Position numbers and translations under genes: made by a program. From Eledone cirrhosa (Eukaryota), in the NCBI GenBank assembly GCA_964016885.1, contig OZ024751.1, positions 37,882,001 through 37,946,000 of the forward strand: a stretch of DNA of 64,000 bases. Direction: 5' to 3'. How positions within the stretch are numbered: position 1 is the stretch's first letter; every line of letters starts with the position of its first letter. Under the pieces are notes generated by a model, which made no database searches, was not told the DNA's origin, and saw nothing but the letters and a program-made list of their open reading frames with translations. Of the stretch, positions 28,481 to 43,570 are shown in pieces.

Positions 28481-28764
28481 CATTACAATTTGCTGTTCTC
28501 GTCCCTCGAGTGTTTTGTCTGTAGCTATTTTAGATATTTTGAGTGGTTATATAATATATGTTTTGAGGGATCCAGCTCAGAACAACGTTGCTCCCCCACC
28601 ACAGGGTTTATTATATAAAGTAACAGTCACGTACTGGTGTCATGATCGACTGTTTCTGGTCTTATTCCTATGTTATAAATGTTTATTATCACATGTATTT
28701 TGATTGGGCATGTGTATCCCTCTTCATTGGAATATTCCATAGCCTTTACTGTAATAAATCTGCA

Positions 28765-28905
28765 ATTCCTAATTTAGGATCAAGACTACCAAATCTGAGG
28801 GAAGAGAAAAATTGATGTAATAAAAACCTGCACTTAATGAATACTTTATTTCATCGATGAAAGGTAAAATAGTCCTATGAGAAATTTGAACTCAGGATAT
28901 AAAGA
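28765..28905 (-). mobile_element. Degenerate Meta-like SINE
   Basis: TACTTTATTTCATCGATGAAAGGTAAA...ATTTGAACTCAG. Confidence 0.55.
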
Positions 28906-31423
28906 ACAAGAACAAAATATATTAATGGAATTTTGATATACCAGTAATATTGCAAATCCTAATTATTGTTTTATGTTTGTGTTCTTTGACAAACCAGTTT
29001 TTAATATAAAGCCTCTGGCATAAAGCAATATAGAGATCTTTAATCTTAGTTATACTTATGAATATGTTTTCTTTCTTGTGTTATTTTGCTAAAGCTTTAA
29101 CATGAATCAATAGCTAACCACGTCCATTTTTATTAGACTATTTATTCTGTTTTGTATCCCATGAAAGATCCAGAGTAGTTTTAGAAACCTGCTTTGAGAG
29201 AGACAATGGCAAATGTGTATTTATAATATATCTACATGATTTTTAGATTAATTCAACAGGTTTGACATATTTCAAATCGTTTTAAAAATTCTGCTTTATT
29301 GGGTTTTTTTTTGTTTGTTTGCTGTTTTGCATTTTTCATCATATAAATTATCCATTTATCATATCATAAATTATTCTCTTCTGCAGCCTTACGTTTCTGA
29401 CTATAGCAGACCGTGCTTAATCAAGTATAAATATGTTTTGTTTGTATATTTTTAGATCATATTATTTTAAAAATAATTTAGTTCAGAATGTTTTTCTGCT
29501 AGTTTTACTGGTTGATAAAGTACATATGATCTGTTTATTGTCATAGGTCAGCAAATATTAAACAGTGGGTTAAAATACTTATGCTATTCCATCATATTCC
29601 ACAGATATAATAATTGAGTTTCGGCTGTTTGTAAAATGGAATTGAAAACTCTTCAGACGAACATCAAAACATGTCATAGACTCGCACATATGAAACTAAA
29701 AGTTTGGCTGTCAATAGTTCCCCGTTTTGACTTTTCTAATACTAATTGTTTTAGACAAGTTTTAAGATATGTTTGTAGCAGAATGCAACATAATGTTGGG
29801 ACGTAGAAAGATAATCCATGTAATAATAGAGGGTTAATTGGGGTAAATTGTTTGTTTTTATCTGAGATTAAATATCAGTTCGCTATATTGGTTCATCGGG
29901 AACACCCCTGTTTTCGAACGAATCTTACCATCCCAACGTATATCATATGAGAGCAGAATATCCGATATACTAAATCCAAGTACATTGTTAATGATTATTT
30001 TCATGACAAAAGCTCGTCTCCTTATATATAAGTAATGTATTGTGTTTACTTTGAATTCAGCACGGCTGGATGCTTAAGAAATTCACATCGCAAACATAAA
30101 GCGGCGTCTTGGACAATTGTAATTTACCATAACATTGATTCGACAGAAATCGTTTGAATGAAACTGTGTGACACACTAAAAAATGGGAGGGGGTGTCTCT
30201 AATTCAAAATATGGCACAGAATAGTCATGAGAATTATATTAAACTTATACACATCTGTGCAATGCGGAGCAACTTAGACGTTAATTTTATGACTATGATT
30301 ACGATTAGGTTTCTTTCTTTGATCAAGCTGGTGGAATTCTCGACGAACCGGACGGAGATCCATTCCTTTGCCTTTAGTCGAGAGATTTTGATATGTTACA
30401 ATTACTTAACTAACTATACTTAATCAATATTATATCGATTTTTGTTCTATTGTCTTTTTTAAGCCTAACGTCTTTCATATCTTAAATATATTAGCATGTT
30501 TGTTGTAATTGATCGAATGTTTGTTATTCAGGAACCAAAAATTGATTGATTCACATTGTTGAACGCACGGCATATTCATGACTTAGAAAATATCGAATCG
30601 TTATTTCATAAGAATAAAATCCATATTTTGTAGAAATGGGTGTGGATCCAATTTCATGGAAGCCAGTTCCATCTATATTGATGTTACTTTAACGGTTATA
30701 TCGAAGGAAGAATGGTCACCATGTTATTTGATGTTAGAGTGTTTATAAACAAACCTGATTCTTGTGATATTGAAATATTCGAAATTTCTGGAGGAACGAC
30801 TGCATTGTGTTTACTTTATTCTTCTTCAAAACACCCGAATATGTTAAAACACAACGGACTATTCGATTATTTGCAGTTAGTTTGCTTGTTTCCATCATTG
30901 ATTTATTCTTCTTTGGTTTGTTTTTGTTTCTTGTTTTCGAAGGGAAGAGTTATCGCCTTGCTCAACTTTCGTGTTAGTTTCCATGTAAAGGTTTTCCCAT
31001 AAACGGAAAAAGCTTAACAATAAACCCCATAATTTATTGTAATTCATAGTATATACAATATAATCTAGATTTCTGATTTCGTATTCTACTTTAGAATCGT
31101 AAATAACAAAGTTTTAGGGAGATTTTTGAAAGCCTAAATATGTTTGATATCTGTTAACTTATTGTGAGAAGTTACAAAGGAGTCATTTTGCAAAGGGAGG
31201 AAACTCTGGTAAAGACTATCGGAGGGACTATACTCGTAATTCCTTGATGAAGACAAGTGACATCGGGTAGCAATGGTTTTACTTGATAATTAGTTTAAGG
31301 GTACAATTGTGTGAGGAACACTTGGCCACTTTGCTCGTAGATAGTTCAGGTTTTCGAAAATCTAGACGTTTATACGTCGCTCACGACGGGCGACACCACA
31401 ACACACACAAACATGTGTGTGTG

Positions 31424-31520
<97 letters not shown>

Positions 31521-32104
31521 TAGAGACATACATACATGCAAATGTGCGTGTTTATAAGTATACGCATCGATATATATATTCATGTCTGGTTACTTATGTA
31601 CATGCATGCATATATAAATATATTCATATCTACGTATATATATATAAATACGCACATACACGCATATATATATATATCCTTATATACATATTTATGTATG
31701 CATATTATATTCATGTATATTTAATGGATTATTTCCAGTCGACAGAAAATTAAAGACCATCGTCACAGTTAACTATATTCGGCATTTTTCTTCTTCCATT
31801 CTTCCAAAGAATTTCCTTGGAATGCTTTTCTATGGAATACGTGTTCTTTATACTGGAATAATAAATACATTATTTAATAGAATAGCCTTGCTACTATCGG
31901 GAAAATCGTGCCATTCCCGAATTCTTATCAGAGATCGAATTACAAGGAAAACTGTTCTCTGATAAATGCACCACGATATTTGTTAGTAGCTAGAATATGA
32001 ATTGCCAATCTTTATCACGTTCTGTGATATTGGGACGGCTATGAAAGAAATCTTGAAGTCAATATAACTCACTCTTTCCCCCCCCCCCCACCTCTCTCTC
32101 TCTC

Positions 32105-32221
32105 TATATATATATATATAAAGATTGTATATATATATAGAGAGAGAGAGATTGTATATATATATATAAAGATTGTATATATATATATAGAGAGAGAGAG
32201 ATTGTATATATATATATAAAG

Positions 32222-32271
<50 letters not shown>

Positions 32272-32465
32272 TTGTATATATATATATATATATAAAGATT
32301 GTATATATATATAGAGAGAGAGATTGTATATATATATATGTATATATATATATGTATATATATATATTATTATTACTATATATATATATATAAAGATTGT
32401 ATATATATATATGAAAAGATTGTATATATATATATATATATATAATATATATATATATATATACA
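32105..32465. repeat. Minisatellite of AAGATTG/(GA)nTTG units separated by (TA)n
   Basis: About 10 recurrences of GATTG-(TA)n. Confidence 0.85.
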
Positions 32466-32771
32466 ATCTTTCATTTTTACTCTTTCTTTTTCTCTCTCTC
32501 CTCACTTCTCTCTCTCCTCACCTCTCTCTCTCTCTCCTCACCTCTCTCTCTCTCTCTGCTGTCTTTCTTTCTTTCTCACAATATTTCATACAAACAACGT
32601 GTCATGCTGCTGTTATTATTGTTGCTGTTATTATTGTTGCTGCTATTGTGGTATCTAATATTTCTCATACGAGCACCTACATCACCAACAAAACTATCAC
32701 ATCCTCAAATCCATCTACCAATCATACTGCTGCTGCTGCTGCTACTGCTACTACTACTACTACTGCTGCTG

Positions 32772-32816
<45 letters not shown>

Positions 32817-33242
32817 GAGTAATATTATATAAAATATGTAGTTCATTTACTCTTTATATTTTACTTTTGTTGTATATTTTATCATGCTATATTACGAGAT
32901 ATTACCACGAGCTAAATCTGATCCAATTTGGCTGGAAGAAACCAAATGTGTGAGAGGGGTGAGGGGTCATATTAATATTAGTTTCTATCAGCAATTCCAG
33001 GAGGTGGGATGGCCTGGAGCTAAGCACAACAGCAATAACTATATTAAAAGTTCGAAATTTACTTCCAATAAATCTCGCATATACATATATATATACTTAC
33101 ATACATAGATACATAGATACATAGATACATAGAATATATTTCTAACGATTATTCTACTCTTTAACGATCAGATGTTTTAAATTTCAAAGCATTTGAGTAA
33201 GTATAGTAAAATATATATTTATATTAAATGTATGGATCATGG

Positions 33243-33293
<51 letters not shown>

Positions 33294-33345
33294 TAATAAA
33301 AACAATGCATAAAAACAAAGCCAAGTTCCTTATATTAAAAAATCA

Positions 33346-33477
33346 TCATTTTACGATCGTTTCAAGGATATATATGTGTGTTGGTATGTATATCATATAG
33401 ATCTATGTAAAAATTATTTTACAAACTATCAGAGGAAATATACATACCTTCACATATACATGCTGTCTTCAGAAATA

Positions 33478-33478
<1 letters not shown>
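33346..33478 (-). ncRNA. Type I hammerhead with 102-nt stem II domain (family of 60228)
   Basis: TTATTT-CTGAAGA-CAGCATGTATATGTG...CACATATATATCCTT-GAAA-CGATCG-TA/AAATGA, within a TA-flanked insert at about 33288-33478. Confidence 0.82.
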
Positions 33479-33511
<33 letters not shown>

Positions 33512-35350
33512 CCTGATACTTACATTTAATATATATATATATACGCGCGTGTGTGTATGCATATATGTAGCTGTTTCTCTCTCTGTTAAACATGTCGTGT
33601 TTCTGAGACTAATACTTCTGCGTGTGTTTACGTCAGAAGCTGAATTATCTTTTACAAAATTACACAGACATATTTCTTGGTGATTTCAAAGAGATAACAC
33701 TGCCAAACAACAACAGCAACAAACACCAAAGATAGAATATATAGCGATGCGTCATTAAAATCTAAACTGATAGCTACAAGTAAACAAAAAAGTTGAAAGC
33801 ATGGATTTAATTAATTCATTTATTGTTCATAGAAAAACGATTTTTCTTTGTATAAGGTATTATCCTTTATTATAGTGCCATCGATTTTATCTGACTACCA
33901 TATGATCTTATGGAAAGAACAAATATTTTCTATAGCAGAAATTTCGGTGATTCAATCTCGTGTTTTGTAAAAAAAATGATTAAAAAAAGATTTTGTATTT
34001 TGTTGGATTAAATATATTACATAACGTTTATATTAATTTTAGTTTAATTGAGGGTTTCTCCATTAAATTATAAATGATATACAGGGATTAAACTCTGCTG
34101 CTGAAGAACAATTGTGAATTAAACTACTTGTATCAGTTGATATAAGTGTGGAAAATTCAAATGTTGCAAGGTAAAAATATGTCTTAATGGTCACCTTCTC
34201 TTTCAATCGGTCAGTTTTAATTAAGATAACACATACGAGATAACACATACTCGTACATTAACAAATCGAGAAAATAAGTAGCAAAAGAATTAAATGAGAT
34301 AAATGTTTTCAGGTGATTTAATGCAAGACGTTATAATTATATATGTCTTATAACCCCGGAGTGACTCTTGACTCAAATTTAGGTACTCCTTCTATAAAGT
34401 ATCATTTGCAGGGCTTGCCTCTTTAAACAATCTTAGAATTACTTCTAAATAGATACGACATGATGTTAACAGTTAAGGGTCTTATTCCTACGAATAATCC
34501 AAATTGATATCTGTTCTGTTTTCTTTCTTTTTTTCTTGTTATTTTTCTTTACCATCATTACATATTTGATAAATTGTATATTATATAACTATTTTCATAG
34601 AATGGAGAGAAAAGGGTTTTCAAAAAGTTTTAAGATAATATTGTAAATGAAAATGGAGAACTAATGAATCTGAGTTGGTTTTGAAGTTGAGTATGTGAAA
34701 TCGCGTGTATTTGGTTCAGGACTCCCCAGATACTTGTATTTGCAGTGTAATTTCCAGGTAGATTCAGCATGATATAATATATGAGCCTTTAAATATATAT
34801 ATATAATCCATCCACTCAACTTCCGTAAAATCTCCTTCTACCAAAGTTATTAAACATTCGGCCATACTTCAAATATAAATAACTCTGGAATCAATGCAAA
34901 GACTGTGATAGGATTCTTGAAGTAGTTATTTCACTATTTCCCAACATAATATATATAGACAACATATAAACGTAAGGAAGGTTGTATTAATGCTGACATT
35001 TCGATACGAAGTTCACCAAATAACTAGAAACATTACGCCTCACGTATGGCTATATAATTTTGTTAACTTAGTCTAGGCTTCTATAATAATTTCCTTCTTT
35101 ATTTAATAACAATAATTTCTGTGTCTGGGTCTTTCTCTTCTAAGTCAATTATTTGTTTGATTGGTCAATTCATCTTTGAACCATCTGCGCCAATGAATTA
35201 CTGTTTAAAATGTAATCATGTGAAAATTGAGGGTGAAAAAAGTATGTATTTTTTCAGGAGGGTGAAAATAACGAAGGAGGCTTCTTTCAGAAAAAGAAAA
35301 AGAAATTGTACATACACACACGTGTGTTTGTGTGTTTGTATATGTATATA

Positions 35351-35426
<76 letters not shown>

Positions 35427-35520
35427 ATTAAAGTTACTAGGATGCGTCCATAGGCGCTATGCCGGTTTAGCATATATAATGTATATATATATATATATAT
35501 ATACATATAATGTATATATA

Positions 35521-35730
35521 ACACAACGAAGGTGTGGTAAGATACCAGATGGACCATAACGCACCAGAGTACTCGATACTTAGGGTAGTAGAGTGGGTAA
35601 TAGGAAAGGAATCAGGAACCCGACGTTTCGACAGCTAGATCAGAACAGTTCGGGTCTAGCTGTCGAATAGTTCTGATCTCGCTTTCGAAACGGCCGGAGC
35701 TCAGCCGTCGGAGTCCTGATTCTTTCCCTA
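35521..35730 (-). mobile_element. Family A subfamily fold-back element with rearranged centre
   Basis: Family 3-prime end plus multiply inverted stem II/III segments; TA flanks. Confidence 0.8.
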
Positions 35731-35768
35731 ATGTATATATATGAATATATATATATATATATATATAT

Positions 35769-35957
35769 AACGAAGGAAATGTGGTAAGGAACCAGGTGGA
35801 CCATAACGCACCAAAGTACTCAATACTTAGGGTAGTAGAGTGGGTAATAGGAACGAGTAGGACCCCGACGGCTGAGCTGAAGCCGTTACGACGGCTAATT
35901 CTGGACAGAATTAGCCGTCGAAAAGGCTGGAGCTCAGCCGCCGGGGTCCTACTCGTT

Positions 35958-35959
<2 letters not shown>
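35769..35959 (-). mobile_element. Family A fold-back element
   Basis: Nearly the reverse complement of 5513-5709 with the same fold-back centre (CTGGACAG). Confidence 0.85.
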
Positions 35960-36002
<43 letters not shown>

Positions 36003-36294
36003 CCCGATGCATGTATAAATAGGCCGTAGTGTATATCGTTGTACGTGATTCAGTGTTCTCTCCGAGTGAACAGCCCATTGAATAAAAGTTCTCTTTTATT
36101 TCGGGGAATCTTCCAACGCCATGGGTGTGAAATCTTTAAGATGCAAACAGCTGAACCCTATCGTATATATATATATACGTATATACATATATATAAATGT
36201 GTGTCTGTATACATGGATGTGTATAAGTGTATTCGTATGTGTGTGATGATATGTAAATATGTGTCTACATATCTGTTTATGACTCATAACTTAC

Positions 36295-36410
36295 CGGTCT
36301 GATTTGAACAACGTAAGTTCTGGAATCGATATTATCGATGAAATCCCTGTACAGCGGCGCACCAGCCTGGCCGCAGTCTAATGACTGGAACCAGTAAAAG
36401 AATAAAAGTA
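36295..36410 (+). mobile_element. 3-prime tail of another SINE/LINE family
   Basis: GGCGCACCAGCCTGGCCGCAGTCTAATGACTGGAACCAGTAAAAGAATAAAAG; weaker match at about 11327-11366. Confidence 0.5.
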
Positions 36411-36957
36411 TCAGAATTGATTACTTTCTAAAATCCTAATAGACGGACCAGTGTAGAAATAAAACAATATCTTGTCACGTGTTCAAGCATGAGATTTTAC
36501 ATTCTTTCAAATTCTGTCACATTTTTGTTTTATTCTATTTTATTTTATTTTATTTTATTTTATTTTATTTTATTTTATTGTTATTCATTGTTTTTTTTTC
36601 CTTTTCTTTTCTCTTCTTATCTTGTGTTCTAAGAAATCTTTGCATTACAGCAAATTACATAGAATAACTTCGTTGTTTAGATCCACTTTCACTAATGGAC
36701 ATGTCTTGTTACCATTCCAGAATGCAGAAGGAAAGAGACAAAGAACGAAAGAGAACGAGAGAGAACGAGAGAGAACGAGAGAGAATAAGAGAGACAGAGA
36801 TTGTGAGACTGCAAGCGTTATAGCATACATATATTGAGAGCATCGATAGCTTGTTGCCATTTAAATTTAAATGAATTCAGGCAGTTCAGCTCAGTTTGGG
36901 TATATATTAAGTATGCTAATAAAACATTTCTACATTTCTACGCTATTACTATTTAGC

Positions 36958-37048
<91 letters not shown>

Positions 37049-37095
37049 CATATATATACATATGTATATTTATACATATATATACATATATATTG

Positions 37096-37199
<104 letters not shown>

Positions 37200-38577
37200 T
37201 AGTATAATCCTCATTGAATGATAACACTTTTCGTTTTTAAAATCGTGTTCGATGTGATGTCTTCAGATAAAAAAAGAAGTTTAATTTATATTTCAGTTTC
37301 GCAGCGTCTGTTCAAACGGCGCTGTCTTATTGTTGTTCTTAAATATCCACTACCTCTCTATACTTGCTATGATAGAATTTAAATACAGTGCAATTTATAT
37401 GTGGTGTAATGATGTCATAGATTGTAGTAGAATACAAAGAATCTTCCCATCTTATATTCTACTATATAAGATATGGGGTGAAATTCTATACAACAGCCAG
37501 AAATACATTATATGAGCATCCAACCAGTACACATACATACATTCAAACATATATACATACATACATTCATATATACATACATATATACATACATATATAG
37601 ATACATACATATACATACACACACACACACACACATCCATATATATATATATATATATATATAAATGAGAAAATTCATCGCTTTAAAACACCTATATATA
37701 TACATTATATATACATTATATATACATTAAAATAGAGAGGTAGAAGTTTCAGTTTCACCTATCTTATTCGTAACCTCGTGTAACACGTGTTTATCAATTC
37801 ACCAGCTCGGAGCCTTAATCGATTACAATCTGCCTCGTTACTTTATAGGGGGATACACCCCATTGATATTTCCTTCCAATAAATTCTTACTGAACTTTGG
37901 TAAAAAAAAAAAAATACTTCCTATTTCTGGTTTAAAAATTGCGACTCATTTATGAAAAATGGAATGAGTCGACCAATCAAAGTAATTCTTCTAACTCTGC
38001 AGACATTGTTGGATTTAGACCGGGTGAGTGGGGGTGCGGTTTTCAGGTTTGGGGGAGCCCTCATGCGCAAAACATTTAGAATACAAAGTACCACCATGTC
38101 CCAAATTACATATCAAAGTTAGCTTTACGCAAGTACTTGGAATTAAGTTAAAAAATTGTAAATATCCTAAAACTAAAAAGCCCAGCTGGGTGCAGAAATA
38201 AATTGCTACGGCCGTCATAGATGGGGCACTCCATTGCATAGGGCCTGGGGCAACAATGTTGACTTTAATCCAGCCCTCTCTGCAGATATTGTACCTTCCA
38301 AAAATGCCAGATACTTAACCAAATATTGTCAACTGTAACAAATTCTAAGGATACTAACATATAACAATGTTGACAAAAGTAGAATAAATTAAATAAAAAT
38401 GTACTTTCGGAATTTCTCTGATAAAATCCACTCCATAAGTCAAATTGATTTAGTTTTAATTTAGTAAAGGTTTGCAGCAATAATGTACGTAAGATAAAGA
38501 AAATAATTCTATTCTAGCGTTGCCAAATATAATTACCGTAACAGTACAGAAACACTGAATAGAAAAGGTTTTGGATC

Positions 38578-38627
<50 letters not shown>

Positions 38628-38828
38628 GTCTTTAAATTTGAAAAGGAGCACACACACATTCTCTCTCTCTCTCTCCCCCTACCCCCCTCTTTCTCTCTTT
38701 TTTCTCTCACTCGCACACTCACACACTCAAACACACTATGTTGTCAGGGAAAAGAAGTTCAGGAATTTAGAAAGAAAGAACTCAAAGGGAAGTTGCTTAA
38801 AATAAAATATAATATAACGTTTAACACA

Positions 38829-38860
<32 letters not shown>

Positions 38861-38901
38861 CTTATCTTTCTTTTTCTTTCTTTCGCTTTCTCTTTCTCTC
38901 A

Positions 38902-38979
<78 letters not shown>

Positions 38980-39144
38980 TTCTCTCTCTCTCACATGTGT
39001 GTGTCTGTGTGTATACATATATATATATTATATATACATTTATAGGGGTGATGGTACGTTTATCTGTGTGTGTGACTGCGTAAGTGTAGAAGGGTGAAAA
39101 CAGATATTGTTAGCTTCAGATTTTAATCTGCACTTACTTTTATA

Positions 39145-39243
<99 letters not shown>

Positions 39244-39689
39244 TATGAGGGTTTGTTTTATAACGATTTGATTTTAATTAATTACAATTTAGCTAATCTA
39301 TTTTGAAACCTTAATATTGGGAACCAAGAATCTTCTGAGATGGATATGTCTCAAAGGTGCAACCGAATTCGGAATACGGTAATTACATGTAATCTCTTTG
39401 GAATTATAAAATAGAAATTGATAGAGATAGGTTGGAATGCACTGGCGAATATATTTGTGAGAAATTAATACAGAAATGTTGTTGCATGCTTCAGTATACT
39501 TGGGCATTAATGTGAGGTGGAGTTAAGGATGGAGATATGCTCTGATATTTGCTTTCGTTGTGGCCTTTGTAGATGGCGAATCTATTATATTGAGGGATAT
39601 ACCAGTATATATTGATTCTCGTTGTTTTCAATCAAGTCTTTAAATACACTAAATTCAAAAGAAAGATAGGTAGATAGATACATAGATAT

Positions 39690-39808
39690 ATAATTGTTTC
39701 TACATTTGGTACAAGGCCAGCAATTATCCCAGTGTATTGCTGGTACTTTATTTAATCGACTCCGTAAGGATGAAAGGCAAAGTTAACCTCGGCGGGATTT
39801 GAACTCAG
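39690..39808 (-). mobile_element. Meta-like SINE (short form), 5-prime truncated
   Basis: Tail, core and B box; ends at a TA run. Confidence 0.85.
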
Positions 39809-39831
39809 ATATATAGATATATAATTATATA

Positions 39832-40576
39832 TATATAAGTATGTATACGTACATACATATATGTATACAGACGTACAGTAGTATGTATATATATATACAT
39901 ACATGCACACATATATATATGTACGTATGGATTCACCGTATATTTATTATAATGCTCGGTGTGTTTGTAAACAAACATCCCGAATTAAGCCGTACAGTGT
40001 CTAGCAACCATCGTTACTCGTTTGTTCAACACTGACAAAAGAACGCTGTATACTTATATGTATGTACGTATACATACTTATATTTAAGTAACAGCCGTAC
40101 TAAGAGTGAGAAATGAAATTTCGTTTCATTTTTTCCGTTTATCGTCTTCGGTGCGACCGGCCGATTAACTCACTCGATATGCAAATTAGGCTGCTCAGTC
40201 GTTAATATGCATAAGGAAAGTATATACTTTCAGACGTTCAATCATCTGGCAGGAAGGTATACGTTGCTGACGATAGCAAATGAGCTTGAAACTAGTACAG
40301 CGTTCCTTTGTCAGTGTTGAACAAATGAGCAACGATGGTTGCTAGACACTGTACGGCTTAATTCGGGATGTTTGTTTACAAACACACCGAGCATTATAAT
40401 AATTGTTCGGTGTATCCATATGTACATATATATATATGAGTGCATGTATGTATATATATATATACATACTACTGTACGTCTGTATACATATATGTATGTA
40501 CGTATACATACTTATATTTAAGTAACAGCCGTACTAAGAGTGAGAAATGAAATTTCGTTTCATTTTTTTCGGTTTA
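39832..40576 (+). mobile_element. Retrozyme-like / non-autonomous PLE-like element: 1.2 copies of a 434-nt unit plus an inverted arm
   Basis: 40055-40141 is directly repeated at 40489-40576 (offset 434). 39832-40050 is the inverse of 40296-40517. Contains an intact HHR; TA flanks. Confidence 0.85.
40261..40303 (+). ncRNA. Minimal type I hammerhead ribozyme, intact core
   Basis: ACGTTG-CTGACGA-TAGC AAATGA GCTT-GAAA-CTAG-TA/CAGCGT: 6-bp stem I, palindromic ACTAGT stem III, predicted cut after 40297. Confidence 0.9.
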
Positions 40577-40593
40577 TATATATGAGAGAGAGA

Positions 40594-40639
<46 letters not shown>

Positions 40640-40642
40640 CAG

Positions 40643-40702
<60 letters not shown>

Positions 40703-41199
40703 ACTGCAGTTACCAGTTTAGTTTAGTAAGACCTTGTTCTGCTAAGTATCTGATACTTGCGAAAGTATACTGTATGTATAGTGCAAAGTTATATATATAT
40801 ATATATATATATATTTATGTGTATGTGAGTGTGTGTGTGTGTGTGTGTGCAGATAAGTGGACAAAAAGATAGATGGATACATATATAAATGCATATGTTA
40901 CATTCGTACATATGCTTATATCTAGATATTGGAACAAAAACAAATATATATATACGTACATGGAGAGTGATTGTAAATGTACGTATAAATGCATTATATG
41001 TATAAATGCATAGTCATGTACACGTTGAATAAAAAGTATTGCTGGAAGAATGTGTTCTTGTGTGTCTGTGTGTCTTAACAGCATTAGTTCATTCTAATGT
41101 TATTATATTTTACCTTCCGAAAGTCTTTTATGCCGATGTATGTACAAACACATGAATAAACATAGAGGCATGTTGCACATGTATATATTAGGGTGCGTG

Positions 41200-41775
<576 letters not shown>

Positions 41776-42199
41776 GCGTGCGTATAAGTGTGTTGGAGAG
41801 GGGCCTATGTGTTTGAATTTTACTGTATCTTACGGCAACGCAAATATGATGTAATTTATCCTGTTAATATTTTTTTCAATCTAAATTCGAGGTTCACATA
41901 TTTATATTATTTTTTCTCTCACTAGATTCATTTTCCGAGTGACATGACATCAAAAATTTAGAAAAAATATATATTTTCACATCTTAGATATATTTTCAGA
42001 TAAGATTTATAATATAGTTAGAGATAAAGAAAATTATGGTGCAGTGCCAATAATAATATCTCTTTAACAAATTCATCTAAGTGGTAATAAACGAATCTCG
42101 ATCTACTGCGTCATTTATAATAAATGATGTGGGTGTCTCTCTTTTTGCTAATGATAACAACAGTAATACACACAAATAATGACAGAAGGAATACTAATA

Positions 42200-42375
42200 A
42201 TAATGATGGTTTCTGATTTATAAACAAGGTCACAAATTTTTTTTTTGGGGGGGGGGGCGATTAAATTGACCCAAGTACGTTACTGGTACTTTATTTTATA
42301 AGCTCCGTAAGAATGAAAGGCAAAGCTAACCTCGGCGGGATTTGAACTTAGAACGTAAAGTGCCATAACTCTATA
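42200..42375 (-). mobile_element. Meta-like SINE (long form), partial
   Basis: Core and B box in reverse complement. Confidence 0.8.
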
Positions 42376-42829
42376 CTACAAAGAATAGTAAATATTAACG
42401 ATTTATTTTATTGTCCAGATAGCCGCATAAAGTTAGGGACTGGACAATAACAATACAATGACGAAAAGCAGCAGATGGGAGAGTCAACAGAAGAAGAGGA
42501 ATTGAGGGCACAATAAATATGATAAATAGCGATAAAAACAAAATATATATATGATAAATGTCAACAAAGAAAGTTCCCAAATATCATGGATGACTTGCTC
42601 ATGTAAATGCAGAGACCAACACGCACCTTTAAAAAGTCCCGATTACTGTACCCTTTGAAGGGCAGTTTAATGGCTCTATCCGGTTGTTTTCTATTGTTTA
42701 CAAAAGTAGAGTGAGAGTAGGTTCATTTCTCTAGATTCTGTTGCTAATGGCTACATTAATGACAGAAAGGCCGCTCAGGTATGTAGTCTCTATATTGCGT
42801 TTAGATGACATCGATATTCTGAAAGTAAA

Positions 42830-43010
42830 CTTGATATGATGCGTAGTATCCTATGCATAAGAATGTATGTGGTTTGTTCGAAATGCCAGTGAGGTCTCCA
42901 TCTAGTCTGACCTTAAATTCTAACATTTATTTTAACCTAATAATACTTTCATTTGATATGTTGTATGAAAACATCGTTTGAAAGTGATATTCGACAGTAA
43001 AATTCGTAAT
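42830..43010 (-). pseudogene. Highly decayed PLE reverse-transcriptase fragment
   Basis: Minus translation HFQTMFSYNISNESI...LEFKVRLDGDLTGISNKPHTFLCIGYYASY resembles the PLE RT thumb region (kFT.E.....FLD...T.vy.KPT...Y.S.H); contains a stop. Confidence 0.4.
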
Positions 43011-43427
43011 TCTGATAAATTCATTTCGATATATCCCGTGAAAGATCGTGTTTAGTTAGAGAATTCTAGACTTCTGATGAGACCTTATCGAGTATCCATC
43101 TCGGGGTCTTCTCTTACATGTTGCCTAATTTTCGGGCGTTCCCTGTTTATGAAGATATGACCTTGTTTGTTCTGTGTTGCTGTAAGTTATCTAAGTTGAC
43201 CTACCTTAGGAGTATTTCTTACATGTGACCTAGTTTGGTGGCAGCTGTAGTACACGACCTACATTCAGTGTATCTATTGTTAGATATGAACTAATTCAAG
43301 ATGTGGTCTAAATCTAGTGGAATGTACATTAGGTGACCTCGCTTGTTTTTATTCTTTATAAAATAAATAATCATATTTCATAAACCAAATCTAATTTCCT
43401 GTTGTTTCTATTTCTCATTATTTTTCA

Positions 43428-43570
43428 ACCTTTGAGTTCAAATCTCGCCAAGATCAACTTTGCCTTTCATCCTTCCGTGGTTCATAAAATAAAGTACAAG
43501 GCAATTATTGTGGTTCGATTTAATCAACTTTCCTCCTCCCCCATCGTATTGCTGGACTTGTGTCTAAGAT
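43428..43570 (+). mobile_element. Meta-like SINE, partial
   Basis: GAGTTCAAATC...TTTGCCTTTCATCCTTCC...ATAAAATAAAGTAC. Confidence 0.75.

Noticed and set aside
43074-43108. CTGATGA followed by a GACC/GGTC hairpin (hammerhead-like)
   Set aside because: No GAAA, stem III or stem I partner follows.
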